From Camelus ferus (Eukaryota): a stretch of DNA of 64,000 bases. The notes under the pieces were generated by a model. It searched no databases. It was not told the origin of the DNA and saw only the letters and a list, made by a program, of their open reading frames with translations. The DNA lies in contig NC_045697.1 in assembly GCF_009834535.1 (NCBI RefSeq), forward strand, positions 45,510,001 to 45,574,000, written 5' to 3'. Shown here piece after piece: positions 1 through 12,000 of this stretch. The position numbers and the translations under genes were made by a program. How positions within the stretch are numbered: the first letter of the stretch is position 1; every line of letters starts with the position of its first letter.

Positions 1-11
1 AAGACTCTGAA

Positions 12-240
12 GCAGTGTTACCCCAAACAGGTATTTTAGAATCACATTTCTCTGAAATGCTCTCTCAGAGAGAAAGTGATCCACTCTTAAGCAGATTCAC
101 TAGTGTTTAAAGGCCCTGAAAGGTCCCAAAGCAAAGAAAACCGTTCATTTTTTCTCCAGCTTATTTGACCATGGAATGCAATTTTATGTAACACCTGTTA
201 ACATTTTCTAAAGACCCTCTTTTATAAAAGTTTCTCTTAG
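12..240. mobile_element. Degenerate hAT-Charlie-type MITE
   Basis: CAGTG-type start and a 'cttatttgacca' segment typical of old Charlie-derived MITEs; family uncertain. Confidence 0.4.
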
Positions 241-538
241 AAAATTAGATCAGATTATTAGAAATAATAGGTTTTGAGATGAGTTCAGTATGTTTGAAAA
301 ATTGTCTGGCAAAAATATCCTGATGCCCATTTCTTCCATTTATATACAAGGTTGGACTTGCTTTCTTTAAAGCCTCTTCCAAATACAAAATTATGTAATT
401 CCAAAATGCTTAAGAGCAGGTTTGATATTCACAGCCCTATTTAATTTTTAGAAAAATCTGAAGTGGCTCAATCAAGTGCTTATAAACTTCCACTGATTAG
501 ATAAAATGTCTGTAACTCTTTTAATATTTTCTGAATTT

Positions 539-568
539 TATATATATATATATATACACACACACACA
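539..568. repeat. (TA)n(CA)n microsatellite
   Basis: Directly visible. Confidence 0.9.
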
Positions 569-3500
569 AATATTCCCTGAGTGAATTATCTGCTTAGGGG
601 ATTTTTTTCATTGACCCCCATGGTTTCTTGGTCTCTTTGAGTATGTCTAACTATGCTAAAAAGCTAAATTGAAATTATTTTCTTATGTAACTCATTTTCT
701 TTCTCCTTTCCATTAGCATAGATAATCAAGAATTCATGGTATTATGGATTTTTAAACGTCAGAGATTGTAAAGCTGTCTTGTCTATTACAGTAAAAACTT
801 CATTAAGGGCTATCAAGTATTCAAAGTAGAGTGTAATTCAAAGCAGCTGCACATCCAGCTCCCCATCTCCAGATGTACTATTGTCCTTTGAATAAACACA
901 TCAGATAATCTAATGCTCTTTAATTTTAAGCCTCATTTCTAGGTGCCAGAAATTTTAAGGTAATTCTGTTTTAGTAAAGTTATTATATCCCCTTGCCATC
1001 AAACCCATCAAAAATGATGTGTTCCCATGCATTTCACAGGGCTGGCTCCTACTGGAATGATTATTCAGCCCTCAGTTATATCTTTCCCAAATGTATATAT
1101 ATTTTAGCCTTGTACTTTAGAAACATGTCAAATGATAGTTATTCATTTTTAAAGATTTTTGGTCATAGAAGGAAAGACTCTCCCCTTTCTCACTGAGGGA
1201 AAATATTCACATTTGAGTCCATCTTTCCTCAAATTTCTTTTCTTTTTATCTATGAAGTCTGTGTGGTTTTTTAAAAAGGTGACACATATCCACTGAAATG
1301 CAATCTTTTTGTAGTTATATGCCGAAAATTAAAATAATGGTAGTTTCCTAATAAGAACACATGTGCTCTAATCACTGTTCCTAAATAGGTTAAATTCATG
1401 ATTAAGAAAAATAAGATTAAGTGACTATGGGAATGATGAGAAACTAATGAACACAAAGTATGTATCTTAAAGGATCGAGCCAGGAGAAAACCTCATGTAA
1501 AATATTCTTTTTTTTTTATTATTATTACATAGAAGCCAAGGACAACTTAAACTAAGATGAAAATAAAAGCTGATTTCATATTCCTCTTGTCTTCCTTCAA
1601 GACGTTGTGTTTTTCTACAGCTGAACTTCTCTGTCATCAATAATTTTGTAAATTACCTTTTACAAAGGGAAAGATAAAACCTTTCTTTATGTAAACCCTC
1701 ACACATCACAAAAAGACTCAGGAGCGCTCCAAACTTACGGTTTTGGCAAACCAACAGCATAGCGTTGAGGGAGGAGAAAAGGGTTAGCAGAAAGTGTATT
1801 TAGGATGAATGCCACCCACCATCAAGTAATAGTTTAAGTAGAAAGTAATCAGAGGGAGACCACAGCAGCTGAATTTCAACCAAAGATATTCTAGGTTCAG
1901 AACAATAAATAATTTTAATCAGGTATGTTCCAAGGAGCAAATAGGGCTCTAAGCCTCTAACTCAGCCTGGGTAAGCACTGGGAAAGTCTGCCGGAGCAGC
2001 ACGCACTCCACAGACACGGCACGCACCTGACTTCCCATTAAAATCTGTCGCATCCCTTGGTACAGGGAAGCCCATATGTTGTGAAACCTAGACACTACGG
2101 ACTAAAAAACATACCTAATTTGTTAATGCAGACAGCACCTTTCACCTACATCAGAGCATATGTCACAGGACGAAAGGTGTTATGGAAATGCTGATAATGG
2201 ATAAAGGAGAGAGACACACATGAAAGCCTCAGCACCTTCCTAGAGTCCTGCCTTATTAGAGCCAAAACTGCTGTATAGTAAGTCTTTTCAGTGTGGTAGT
2301 AACTAAACACTTTTGGAAGGGGTCCAATGCGAACCACCTCTCCAGGAGTCTCCAGTGTAGTAACAGGACACTTAAGCTTCCACAAGAACCAGTGTCTACA
2401 TTTGATAAATAAGTCATTAAGACAGTCTGTAGGATGCTAAAGGAATTACTTTTCTTATCAGGGCACGTAGCCTTGTATATATGCTTCAAGCTGCAATTCA
2501 TCATTTCAAGGAACTTCTGGCCTCCGTATCAGAGTTTATCATTTGCTGGTATAAGACTGCAGAGAGGCTGATAAGGGACGCTTTAAAATTATAATGCAAG
2601 GAATGAGTTGAAGCCAGAAAGTAAACGGGGCCTGAGTTATTCAAAGCCTTATTCTTCTCCCACTCATGGTTCCCTGATCCTAAAACAAACCTATAAAACA
2701 CTATACAATAGATGTGCATGAAACAAACTTCTATTCCACCTCCAAATCTTGTGATTCATACTAAAATGAAATTTGCTGATACCAAAAATACTATTCATCT
2801 CTTGGGTGCCTCAGCAGCTTCTTAGGAATATTACCAAGAAAATGAACATCGAGGTAAGAGTGATTTGAGTACCTTCAGTATTGCCACCTGCCTTGCCCAT
2901 TCAACTTCCTTCCAACTCTTGCTTCTCCCACCCTGCTCCTTCATCGAGCTCTGCCCTCAGAGTGGCACTGGAGTAAACAGGGCATTCACTGGTGTGGTCA
3001 GCTGTCAGGACAGCCTCCTCAAGTGGCTGGCATATGATGGACAACTCAGAGCAGGTTTCTGTTTCCTTAGTAGAGGCCAGCTCCTTATAGATCATACTCG
3101 TGGTTTTAAGAAGCAAGTGAAATCTGGTTCAGCTCAGACTCTAGCTAAAGACTTCTGCATTAGAAAGCATAATTCACATTTATTGTAAATGTCATCATGC
3201 CTGTGAGCTCCAGAGTGTATTTACAGTGTCAGACTAGGGCTTTCCTTGATGGATGCTTGCATGTTCCTCTTTTCCAGGAGTCCTGCATATCAAAGCTTTG
3301 GGAGATTTCTTTCTAGTGATTCTGACAGAATTGATAGAGCAAGCGTGAGGCATGGCCTCCTTACTTGAAGATTCTTGGCTATTTTTCAAGGGTTCACTGA
3401 AGACAGGCTTTGCAGTTACATTTCCCTTTGTCATGAATGTAGGTAGTGAACAAAAAAAGCCTGGTGCATCCTCAAAGCATAGAAACCGAGTTAGTGTCCA

Positions 3501-4360
3501 GGAAACTTTCCCTCAAGCTGTTAGCACAAGAGAGGCAGGCTGTTAGTGTAAGTTATTCGCCTCACCAAGGGGGCCAGGAGAAACCGTGTTAAGCCATGAA
3601 TTTCAGTCGGCAGTGATCTGTGTGTTGAAAAATGGGATGAGCAGATTTTCATCGGCAGATTCCAAGAGGTGTTTACATCTATGGCTGCTCACCTCCCTCC
3701 CAACTCCTCCCAGGGTGGGTGGTACAATCCCTATTTGCCCAGATGGCTTTTAAATAATCGAAACACCCGAGCACCTGGTTTAGTTTGTGTTTGCCACCAA
3801 GGGACTATCAAGTGGAAAGCGTCAAATATCCTAACACAGAGACCGTGAGTTAAGAGAGAGTGCAAAGTCTGGAGAAGCGACGGTCTACAAGGCGACGGGA
3901 GCGCGTGTAATTCAAGTGTGACTTTTCTCTCTGGTGCCCTGGGGTTGGCATAAAATGACATCTGCCTTTAAGTAAACATGGCTAAAGCCCAGTCCAAGGG
4001 AATTTCCGCTGACCGACTAAAGAAACACCGGCACAAGGTACCCCAGAGTTGCCCCAGACACCCAGGGCAGGAGGACTCCGGTGGGCGGCGAGGTGGGGGA
4101 GCCCTTGCTCCACGCACTTTCTCCAGCCGAACCCCCTCCAGGGCTGGGCGCCCTTCTCTCCACTTCTTCCTCTCGATTCGGACTCTATAATTGGGCTGAC
4201 TCACGGGCGGAATGCGGGATGGGACTGCACCGAGGGGCTCGGAGGGCAGCTGGGGGCCGAGGGAAGGTTTCTAGGCATCACAGGTCAGATGAGGAAGCTG
4301 CGGGGGTCCCAGGAAACATCTGGGGCGGGACCACGGAAAGGGGGCGACTCGGGCACTCAC

Positions 4361-4685
4361 CTGCTGCTCCGGCTCGAAAGCTGCGAACTGTGTTGCCCTC
4401 CCGCAGGAGCTGGGGCCGCAGGGGCGGAGAGCCCAGTTCGGAGGACCCTGGTGTCCGCGCTGTCGCGGCTCTGTCACTGCCGCTGTACCTGTCGTAGAGT
4501 CGCAGCATGTGCTCTGACACCTTGTCGTGCGGCTGCAGCAGGGGGTCTGCGCCACCACCTGCGGTGCGGTCACCCGGCACAGCCTTGCGGATCCCCGGGA
4601 AATGCTGCTTGAGTGTCTGTCCCCGCGCCAGGCTCACGCACAAGCAGCCCAGCCATAGACAGAGCAGTCTGCGCGTCCCAGCCAT
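4361..4685 (-). CDS. BMP3: Bone morphogenetic protein 3 (osteogenin), coding exon 1: signal peptide and start of the prodomain; 108 codons + 1 nt (phase-1 intron follows)
   Basis: Translates [22 protein letters not shown]...[13 protein letters not shown]...[18 protein letters not shown]...[16 protein letters not shown], matching the BMP3 N-terminus ([25 protein letters not shown]). ATG is in a strong Kozak context (GCTATGG). The exon ends at a consensus donor CAG|GTGAGT (4361/4360). Confidence 0.98.
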
Positions 4686-5035
4686 AGCGAGGTCCCGGCA
4701 CCGCGCGTCTGCTGCCGCGTCCCGGGGGCGGGGGGGTGGACCCTCTAAGGCGCGAGGGGCCCGCGGCAGAGCCAAGGGCTGAACTCACAACTACCTGGGG
4801 CAAGGGGGCCCGGAGCGCGGACGCTGCCTGAGCAGGACAGCGACAAGCCCCACTTTTAGCGCGGGCCGATCACGGACCGGCAGGTGGGCTCTTCCCGGGC
4901 AGCGGCGAGGACCTCACCAAGCGCAGGGCGCTGCCAGGACCGTCTCCACTCGGACGCCGAAGAGCTGAAGTCGCGGCGTGTGTGGCCGGGGTGTTTTCGG
5001 ATCTGTCCGTACCCTCTCTCCCCGCTTTATTTTCG
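4686..5035 (-). promoter_or_regulatory. BMP3: BMP3 5'UTR and core promoter; TATA-like AAATAAA at 5026-5032, likely TSS near 5004
   Basis: An isolated AT-rich box (minus strand GAAAATAAAGCG) lies in GC-rich sequence. A CCAAT box on the minus strand is at 5152-5156. There is no upstream ATG in 4686-5004. The TSS position is inferred from spacing and my recollection of the human mRNA 5' end. Confidence 0.6.
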
Positions 5036-5186
5036 GGAACAGCCTGCCGAAGCGACCGCGCTGCGCACGGGGACTAGCGCTGAGTCGGGCGCAGAGCCCG
5101 AGAGGGGTTGAGCGCCGCGGGCCGGAGGGCGCTCGTTCGCCTTTTGCAAGGATTGGAGCAGCCGCGGTGCGGCCGGATCGAGTTTT

Positions 5187-5218
5187 GAGTGTGTGTGTGA
5201 GTGTGTGTGTGTGTGAGT

Positions 5219-5263
<45 letters not shown>

Positions 5264-5331
5264 CGTGTGAGGGGGTGGGGTGGGGGAGAAAGAGAGAGGG
5301 AGAGGGAGAGGGAGAGAGAGAGAGAGAGAGA
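5187..5331. repeat. Compound microsatellite: interrupted (TG)n, G-tracts, then (GA)n/(GGGAGA)n
   Basis: Directly visible. Confidence 0.97.
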
Positions 5332-6064
5332 CTTCGTTCCCTGGCTGATGTGTACAGTCCGCCGCCAATCTCACTATCTCCCTTGCGCTCGCTCGCAGGC
5401 AGCTGGGACCCCTCTATAGCCAGGAGCGAAGGGAAGAGGGAAGTAACCGGCAAACTAGCAGGGGAGGGAGGGGAAAGAAGAGGAAGTAGGGGTGGGGGTG
5501 GTTGGGAAGAGGAGGGGGTAAAGGAGACAGTCGAGGAAGAAAGAAAGGGTAGAAGGGAGTGGGTGTTATTTTTTAATCCCATCAAGAACTCTGGCTGTTT
5601 CCTGGCCAGCAAGAGAGCAGAGGAAAATAAACTTCTTCCTGGATTCTTTCTCCTTTGCTTCCAAATAAAATCGAGAGGTGCACACCATCCTCATTTCCTT
5701 TCCTGGGCGTCTCCTGATCCAGGCTGCGGACCCTGATCTGTGCTGGGTTGCCATCTCTCCTTGTCTCTCTGAGAGCTTACCCATCATAGCTCCTTCTCTT
5801 CTGCATCTTTACTTTGCATCTCCCTCCTCGTCAGGAGAAAGATACGGTGCCAGTCAATCCCGTCTTAAAACAAATAAACCGACAAGCAAACACACCACAA
5901 ACACTCACCTACCCCTACTTTCCCCCTCAAGACGTTTGTCTCCAAGATTGCAGGCCCTGGGGAAACAGAAGGACTTCTGGGAGACGCTGGAATCCACAGC
6001 CAGCTTAACTCTGAGATCCTTCCTCACCCTCTCTTCCCTGGGGGTAAAATGGTGACTAAACTAC

Positions 6065-6250
6065 TGGCTAACAGTTTACTGCTCACTTATCATGCCCTAG
6101 GTATTCATTGTTCTTTTTATTTCAAATGTATTATCTTCGAAGGAAGCCCATTTTACAGATGAGGAAACTGAGACAAAAGGATACTCATGGATGGCAGAGC
6201 TGAGCTTCAAACTCAGGGAGTCTGGTTCCTGGGCTCAGGTCCTTAATCAC
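6065..6250 (-). mobile_element. MIR SINE
   Basis: MIR core CCCATTTTACAGATGAGGAAACTGAG at ~6147-6172. Confidence 0.85.
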
Positions 6251-6286
6251 CAATCACCACACTATTAATAATGAAACTAGCATTTA

Positions 6287-6354
6287 AAAAAATTAATTGA
6301 AGTATAGTTAGTTACAATGTGTCAATTTCTGGTGTACAGCACAATGTCCCAGTC
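6287..6354 (-). mobile_element. Extremely 5'-truncated artiodactyl-type L1 3' end
   Basis: 'ttgaagtatagttagttacaatgtgtcaatttctggtgtacagca' is the reverse L1 3' terminus. It is flanked by the duplication AATGAAACTA(GC/CT)ATTT at ~6270 and 6355. Confidence 0.8.
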
Positions 6355-8539
6355 AATGAAACTACTATTTAAACTGAAGTTTCAATGTCACAGTCCACAT
6401 AAACGTTCTTAGCCCAGTGTCTGGCCTGGTGCAGTGAGGACTTCAGTAAATGTCTGTTCCAGCTTGTCTGTTCCCTAGTGGGAGCACAGTGGGGTTTATG
6501 GAAAAGAATACAGGCTTTTCGATCACACTGGGCTTCCAAAATTCTGTCTTTTTTTTAAAAGGTCAATAAGGACACATCCCTTTTAGAGTTTTGTTTGGAT
6601 GACATTAGAAAACAGTGCTAAAGTGACTGGCACACTGACTAGCCTGTAGTAGGGGCTCAATCCCTTTTTATCCCAAACTTATCCCAAGTGCAGACTACAT
6701 TCTCCGCACTCAATCACTTTTCAACCCACTGCGGTTTACATTTTGCCTTTGGCCATCCCTGGAACTGTGCTGCAGATAATAACACAAACTTCAAGGGTGG
6801 TTGTGAGGATTAAATGAGATCATGTGTGTGATCTTTGCTTGCATAAAGAACATAATAGCTTTTGTGATTAATTATGAAGACCCAGTTTCAAAATTCAATA
6901 GGCCCTGCAAATTCTCTCCCTCTTTGATTTGTCTCTGTGAATCTTTGGTTCTTTCCCTCTCAGTTCTGTGAGCTGCCTTCTCTTTCTAGGCCTGCCTTCA
7001 GGGCTTTCTCACATCTTTATTCCCTGCGCTGGGAGGATGCCAAATTGAGAAAAAAAAAAAAAAATCTGCTTTGGTGGTCACCTCTGACCTTTTAAATATA
7101 TAGTTCTTGGTCTCCTCCAGCCTCAGTCTGCATTGCTAAAATTTCACCTTCCTGCTTTTTGAAACCATCCCCAAGACTTCTCTTCCTTTAGATCAAGTGC
7201 ATAGCCATCTTGCTACTTTTGCCACTTTGTACTTGACATAATTTTTCATCTGTAGAAGCTGTGCTGTGAGTGCTGGGTTTGACCGTAAGTCTTCAATGCC
7301 TACCTTCACTTCTTCCTAGATGTATAGACTTTCCCTTCTTTCCCTTGTGCTTCCACTTTCTTACAGGAGTCATAAGTATAAAATAGTATCTCCTGTTGCA
7401 CAGAATTGTTGTGAATAATCATTGGAAAAGTCCATGTCAAGAGATTAGTACAGTGCCTTGCATACAACAAGTGCTTAAGAAGAATCAGCTATGAGCTAAG
7501 AGAATTGCTTGTATGTTTTTATTTAAAGCAGAGGTCAGGCCATATCTATCTTTACATTTTAGTGATCTGCCGCTACATTTAGAGTAAAAAAAAGGGACAA
7601 AATGTTAAGCAAGTAAAATAACCCCTAGCCAGAACTCTCACTTGTAATTGTGAGACTGGACAAAAAAGTGTGGATGGAAGCTGGCAAACTGAAGAACGCT
7701 TGTAACAGCTACATTCAGGACCAAAAGCAACTCATTTGCAACTAACCTATGCCCAAGATGGAGCAAGGGATGAAACAGATAAGCCAGCAGTATCATGTCC
7801 AGCAATGACAAAGAAATGGCACTCATGCCAGACCTTCTGAGTGACTTCCTGGGGACCTGAGCTGAAAGCCAACTGAACTGGGTAAACTGACAATTAAAAA
7901 AAAAAGTTTAAAAAATTGAATTGGGTATAGTATTTCCCACCTAGAGATGCCATGCTATAACACTTTAAGACCATAAAAGGATGTTTTGTTTTATCTTAGG
8001 TCATAGAAACTCAGATCTGTATGGATTAAATTGTCTCAGAATGCTGGCATCATTAGATGCCCTCCCCCCAAAAGGACTAAATATTAGGATTCATAATTCT
8101 GGCTGTGCATCTGACTTAGTTGATATATGAAGGATTTGTAGCTGTTCAAAAAAAAAAAAAAAAAGGAGCTTCTGGATTGAATACAATGGTGATACACAGT
8201 CTGATTTCTTATTGAGTCTGATTAATTAAAATTTGTCTTGTATTTTAGTAGTAGGAATTTCCTATTTTATTTTAGAGATTAACTGTTACTGTTACAGCCA
8301 ACCATTGAATCAAAGGACACTTATCAGTCTCTTCCTAAAGACAAGGAGATTTAAAGAAAGCCATCTGTGTAATTTAAAATAACAGCAAACACAAATTTGA
8401 AATTTTAGTGGATTCTGTTGAGTTGAGCTCTAATTTTGACCACAAAATCATGTCTGTGTGTGTGTATATGCATGTGTGTGTGTATGTATACTACACATGT
8501 CTTCTTTTTAGCTCTCTTAAGCACTGTATACATACATTT

Positions 8540-9100
8540 TCTAAATTATTATTGAGTACTTACTCAAGTCTGTATCAGCAGTTGTGGGGAAAATATATAA
8601 GAAAAATGTGTCTTAGGCTCTGAAGAGTTTACCTTCTAGTGGGTGAACCAAAGAAAGCCACATGGGACAATTAACCAAAAATGGGAGAAGTAGTATTCAA
8701 CCATGTTTTGGAGACTATGTCACAATTTGCTGTTTTAAACAGTGAAAGGAGGAAATCAACGGGAGATGGAGTAGCCAGGGAAGATTTCCTAGAAGAGGTG
8801 AGGTTTTATTTAGCCTTGAAAAATGGGTAGGACTTTAGGCAAGTCAAACATAAAGGATTTGTAATTTAGAAAAGAATAACAGTAAGAGAGAAGTTGCAGA
8901 AGTAAGAATGAGTTTACCATGCTAATAAGGCAGTGTCTGTTGGGACAAAGTTTGACCTGATCTGAATAGGGCTTGTATGCTGGAGAGCACAGGAAATAGA
9001 GACGGATTGTAGGGTGGAACGCAAACGCAGAAGGCCTTGAATGATAGATCAAGGGAAAAGTAGGGGACCCTAAAACGTTTTTGAGAAGAGAAGGCTTTCT
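8540..9100 (-). mobile_element. L2 LINE 3' fragment
   Basis: Starts 'tattgagtacttact'; followed by purine-rich L2-type segments such as 'gatttcctagaagaggtga'. Confidence 0.7.
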
Positions 9101-9339
9101 AATGAAGGCCAGAACTCTCCAAAATGGTCTAGAAAGTTTTAATAACTACTAAATTTCCTGCCTCTGGAATTATGAAAACATAAGGTAGATAGCAACTGGG
9201 GGAAATTTTAGAACTGATTCAAACATCAGAAGGTTGATTAAAGATATTTAAAGCCTTATTAGTTACAAACTTCCTTGAATGCAAGGATATATATATAGAT
9301 AGATATACACACACATATATACCTGATATATATATGTAT

Positions 9340-9815
9340 CTGATTCACAGTGGCGTCAATATATAGGGGTTTATTTTCCCTCTTGTAAGAAATCTGCAGT
9401 TAAGGAGCTGTTGGTATTTGTTCAGTGACTTGACAGTGTCATGTCTCATGTTTATGTGGCTCATCTTTTCTCTCTTTCTTGCTGACTCAGGGTCATCAGA
9501 TGGCTCCTACAACTCCAGCCATCAAGTCCTCACTCAAGGAAGAAAGGAGGAGAAAAGGGGAGGCAACCAGCTATACCTTTACCTTTTCATCAAGAAAAGT
9601 AAAGGCTCTCTCAGAACTCTGACAGGTATCTCTCATATATCATTGGTCAAAATCTTACCTCACGGCCACCTCTACCTGGGGCCATTCAAAATTTTCTGAA
9701 TGAGGGGGACTGGGAAATTGAGTATCTTGTCTCGGTCTGGGCACATTTCCACTGCAAACAGAATCTGAGTTCAGTTGTCAAGGAAGAAGGGACAATGGAA
9801 AATGCAAAGTCTGTG
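9340..9815 (-). mobile_element. Old MaLR LTR (MLT1J/K/L-like)
   Basis: Motifs 'tcattggtcaaa', 'ggccacc', 'ctgggaaattgagt' and 'aaggaagaaggg' are typical of late MLT1 LTRs. Confidence 0.6.
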
Positions 9816-9949
9816 AACCTTCAATCCATTTATTAGTAGTTATTTTCTATTCTGCCTGTAAACTTGTTTAGTTTTTCTTCATTCTAAAAACAATACCAAA
9901 CATCAAAACACTTTTCCTTATCTGTTTCACAAACTATCATCCTATCATT

Positions 9950-12000
9950 TTCTTTTCTTTGATCTCTTAACTTGTTTAAAAAGTAGTCTGTACCTAACAT
10001 TTCACTTTCTTACTGCCTAGAATCACATCACTTCATTTTGTTTATTACCATCTATAAGAGGATCTTTGTTCTCTACTGAAATTTGTGTTAGGTACTAAAC
10101 TTCTAAACACCGGTCCATTTGCCACCCCACCCCAAGTCTTCATCCTTATTTACCTTTAAGTGTTCGACACTATTTACCACCCTCTCCTGGAAACTCTCTT
10201 CCTTTTTTATGTATATGGCACTATTCCGGTTTCTTCTTGTCTTTTTGATTACACATACCTTTGTTTCCTTCACTCTACAAATATTTAGTATCTGTTGTGT
10301 TCTTGACACTTAATTTGGTATTGAAGATACAAAGATGAAATGAAATGGTCCCTATTCTCCCTACTGGGGAGACAGGAATATTATCACTTAAGAAACCTTA
10401 AGATAGTTTTGAATGGCTGAATAAGGCAGGAAGTGTTGCATGGAGGAGATGATACTTGAATTGAGATTTGAAAGTTAAATAGGTGTTTCTCCAGGACTAT
10501 TTCAGACAGGATATTCCAGGCAGAGGAGTTATCAAGAACACAGAGATGGGAGAGGCCTTTCTTCTGGGATTCTCTCCAACTTCATACCAGTCTCTCTCTC
10601 CAGTTACTTCCTCAGTTACCTCACTTTAGCTATGTATGTAGCTATTTATTTATCAGAAATTCCAAAAATGCCTTTCCTAAACTAAGCTTCACTATAGAAT
10701 TTCAGACTCCCATTTTTTACAAACTTGTGGATGTCTTGCTGGCACCATAAATTCTGTGCATCTGTAATGAAACTGATCATGCCCCCCCATCTTATTCTTG
10801 GTTTCCACTCTTCTGTGAATGGCACCAGTATCTTTGTAGCCATCCTGGTTCCAAGTCTTAGAGTCACATTTGCCTTCTCTCTCTCTGATCATCATTTCTA
10901 ATCATTGCTAAGTCACATAGACACTATTTCTTCGATATCTCTGTCATCTGTCCTCTTTATTTTTATTGCAACCTCTTTCATTTAGTTGCTAACTTATTCT
11001 ACTCTAGACTAGTTAAAGTCTCCCAGATGGCTTCCAGTTCTTCCTCACTCCAACTGTATATGATTTCTATTGCTGCTCAACAACCTAGAGGCTTAAAACA
11101 GCTCTCATTTGTTATGCTACAGTTCCGTAGGTCAGAAGTCCAGGTGGGCTCACCTGGGTTTCTGCTTAGGGTCTCACACTGAAGGTGCTGGATAGGTGGG
11201 GTTCTTATCTGAAAGCTCATTCGTGTGTCGACATATTGCAGTTCCTTAACGCTTGTAGGACTGAGGTCTCATCTTCTTGAGGGCAATTACCAGGGTTTGT
11301 TACCAGCTCCCAGAAGCCACCTGCCACTTCTGCCATGTGTCCTCTGCATCTTCAAACCAGCAATGGGGAACTTCTTGCATGTTAAATAGAGTATTTATAA
11401 TCTCTTTCTCCAGAGAGGGTCCCCAGCCTTTTAAGGGACTTGTCTGAGGTCCAGCTCACCAAAGTAATCTCCCTTTAGTAAACTCAATTTTACCATGTAA
11501 CATAAACTAATCACCAAAGGGATATCCTGTCATACTTTCTCTTACACTGAATATGGAGATTATACAAATAACTAGGAGTCAATTTAGAATCCTGCCTATC
11601 ATAGTAATCATCTAAATACTGCTACCAGATTTATCCTCCTAAAATTTAATAAAATCTTTCTCAAAAACCAGTAAGTAGTTGCTCATTACCAATTAAATTT
11701 AAGCAAAAAAAAAAAAAAAAAAAATCCTCAGTTTGATATTCACGGCCTTCCACCGTTTGTCCTCAGCCTGATTTTCTGGTGTGTCTCTATTTTTCCCCAC
11801 ATATCCCCTATGCCATAGTAGATGGTTCATTTACACTTTTTTCACTTGCAGTCTTCCTTTGCCTGGTTTATGCTCCTCAAGACCATCTGCAAATGCTACC
11901 TTTTCTGTGCAATAATTCTTAATCACTCCAACGGCTTGTGAGCTCTTAATCCTTTAAATCTTCATAGCATTTTATACCTCTCATAGCATTTGAGAGATTC
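9950..12000 (+). mobile_element. L2 LINE fragment, interrupted by an oppositely oriented L2 piece (~10275-10555) and an MLT1 LTR
   Basis: Pyrimidine-rich L2 motifs ('tctgtgaatggcacca', 'tactgctaccagatttatc') on both sides of the insertions. Confidence 0.65.
11056..11603 (-). mobile_element. MaLR solo LTR (MLT1E/F/G-like)
   Basis: 'tttctattgctgc...ggcttaaaaca...cagttccgtaggtcagaagtcca' and the terminal 'cctgcctatcata'. Confidence 0.8.

Larger units (their letters stand above)
1..4360 (-). other. BMP3: BMP3 intron 1 (5' part; continues beyond the window start)
   Basis: Begins GTGAGT after exon 1; no sequence resembling BMP3 exon 2 was found in 1-4360. Confidence 0.9.
3980..5420. promoter_or_regulatory. 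BMP3: CpG island covering the BMP3 promoter, 5'UTR, exon 1 and start of intron 1
   Basis: Very high GC and CpG density against CpG-poor, AT-rich flanks. Confidence 0.95.

Noticed and set aside
4278..4360. C-terminal tail of the same ORF (GECPSRPL...)
   Set aside because: It is read-through into intron 1 past the GTGAGT donor.
4686..4775. 30-codon N-terminal extension of BMP3 in ORF 4278..4775
   Set aside because: It starts at TTG in a weak context. The ATG at 4685 has a strong Kozak sequence and begins the signal peptide.
3968..4803. Several overlapping ORFs on both strands
   Set aside because: Stop-poor CpG-island shadows of the BMP3 exon.
4914..5736. Long ORFs of 232 aa and 252 aa
   Set aside because: They arise from a GC-rich island and TG/GA microsatellites (poly-VC, HT and ER runs), with non-ATG starts and no recognisable domain.
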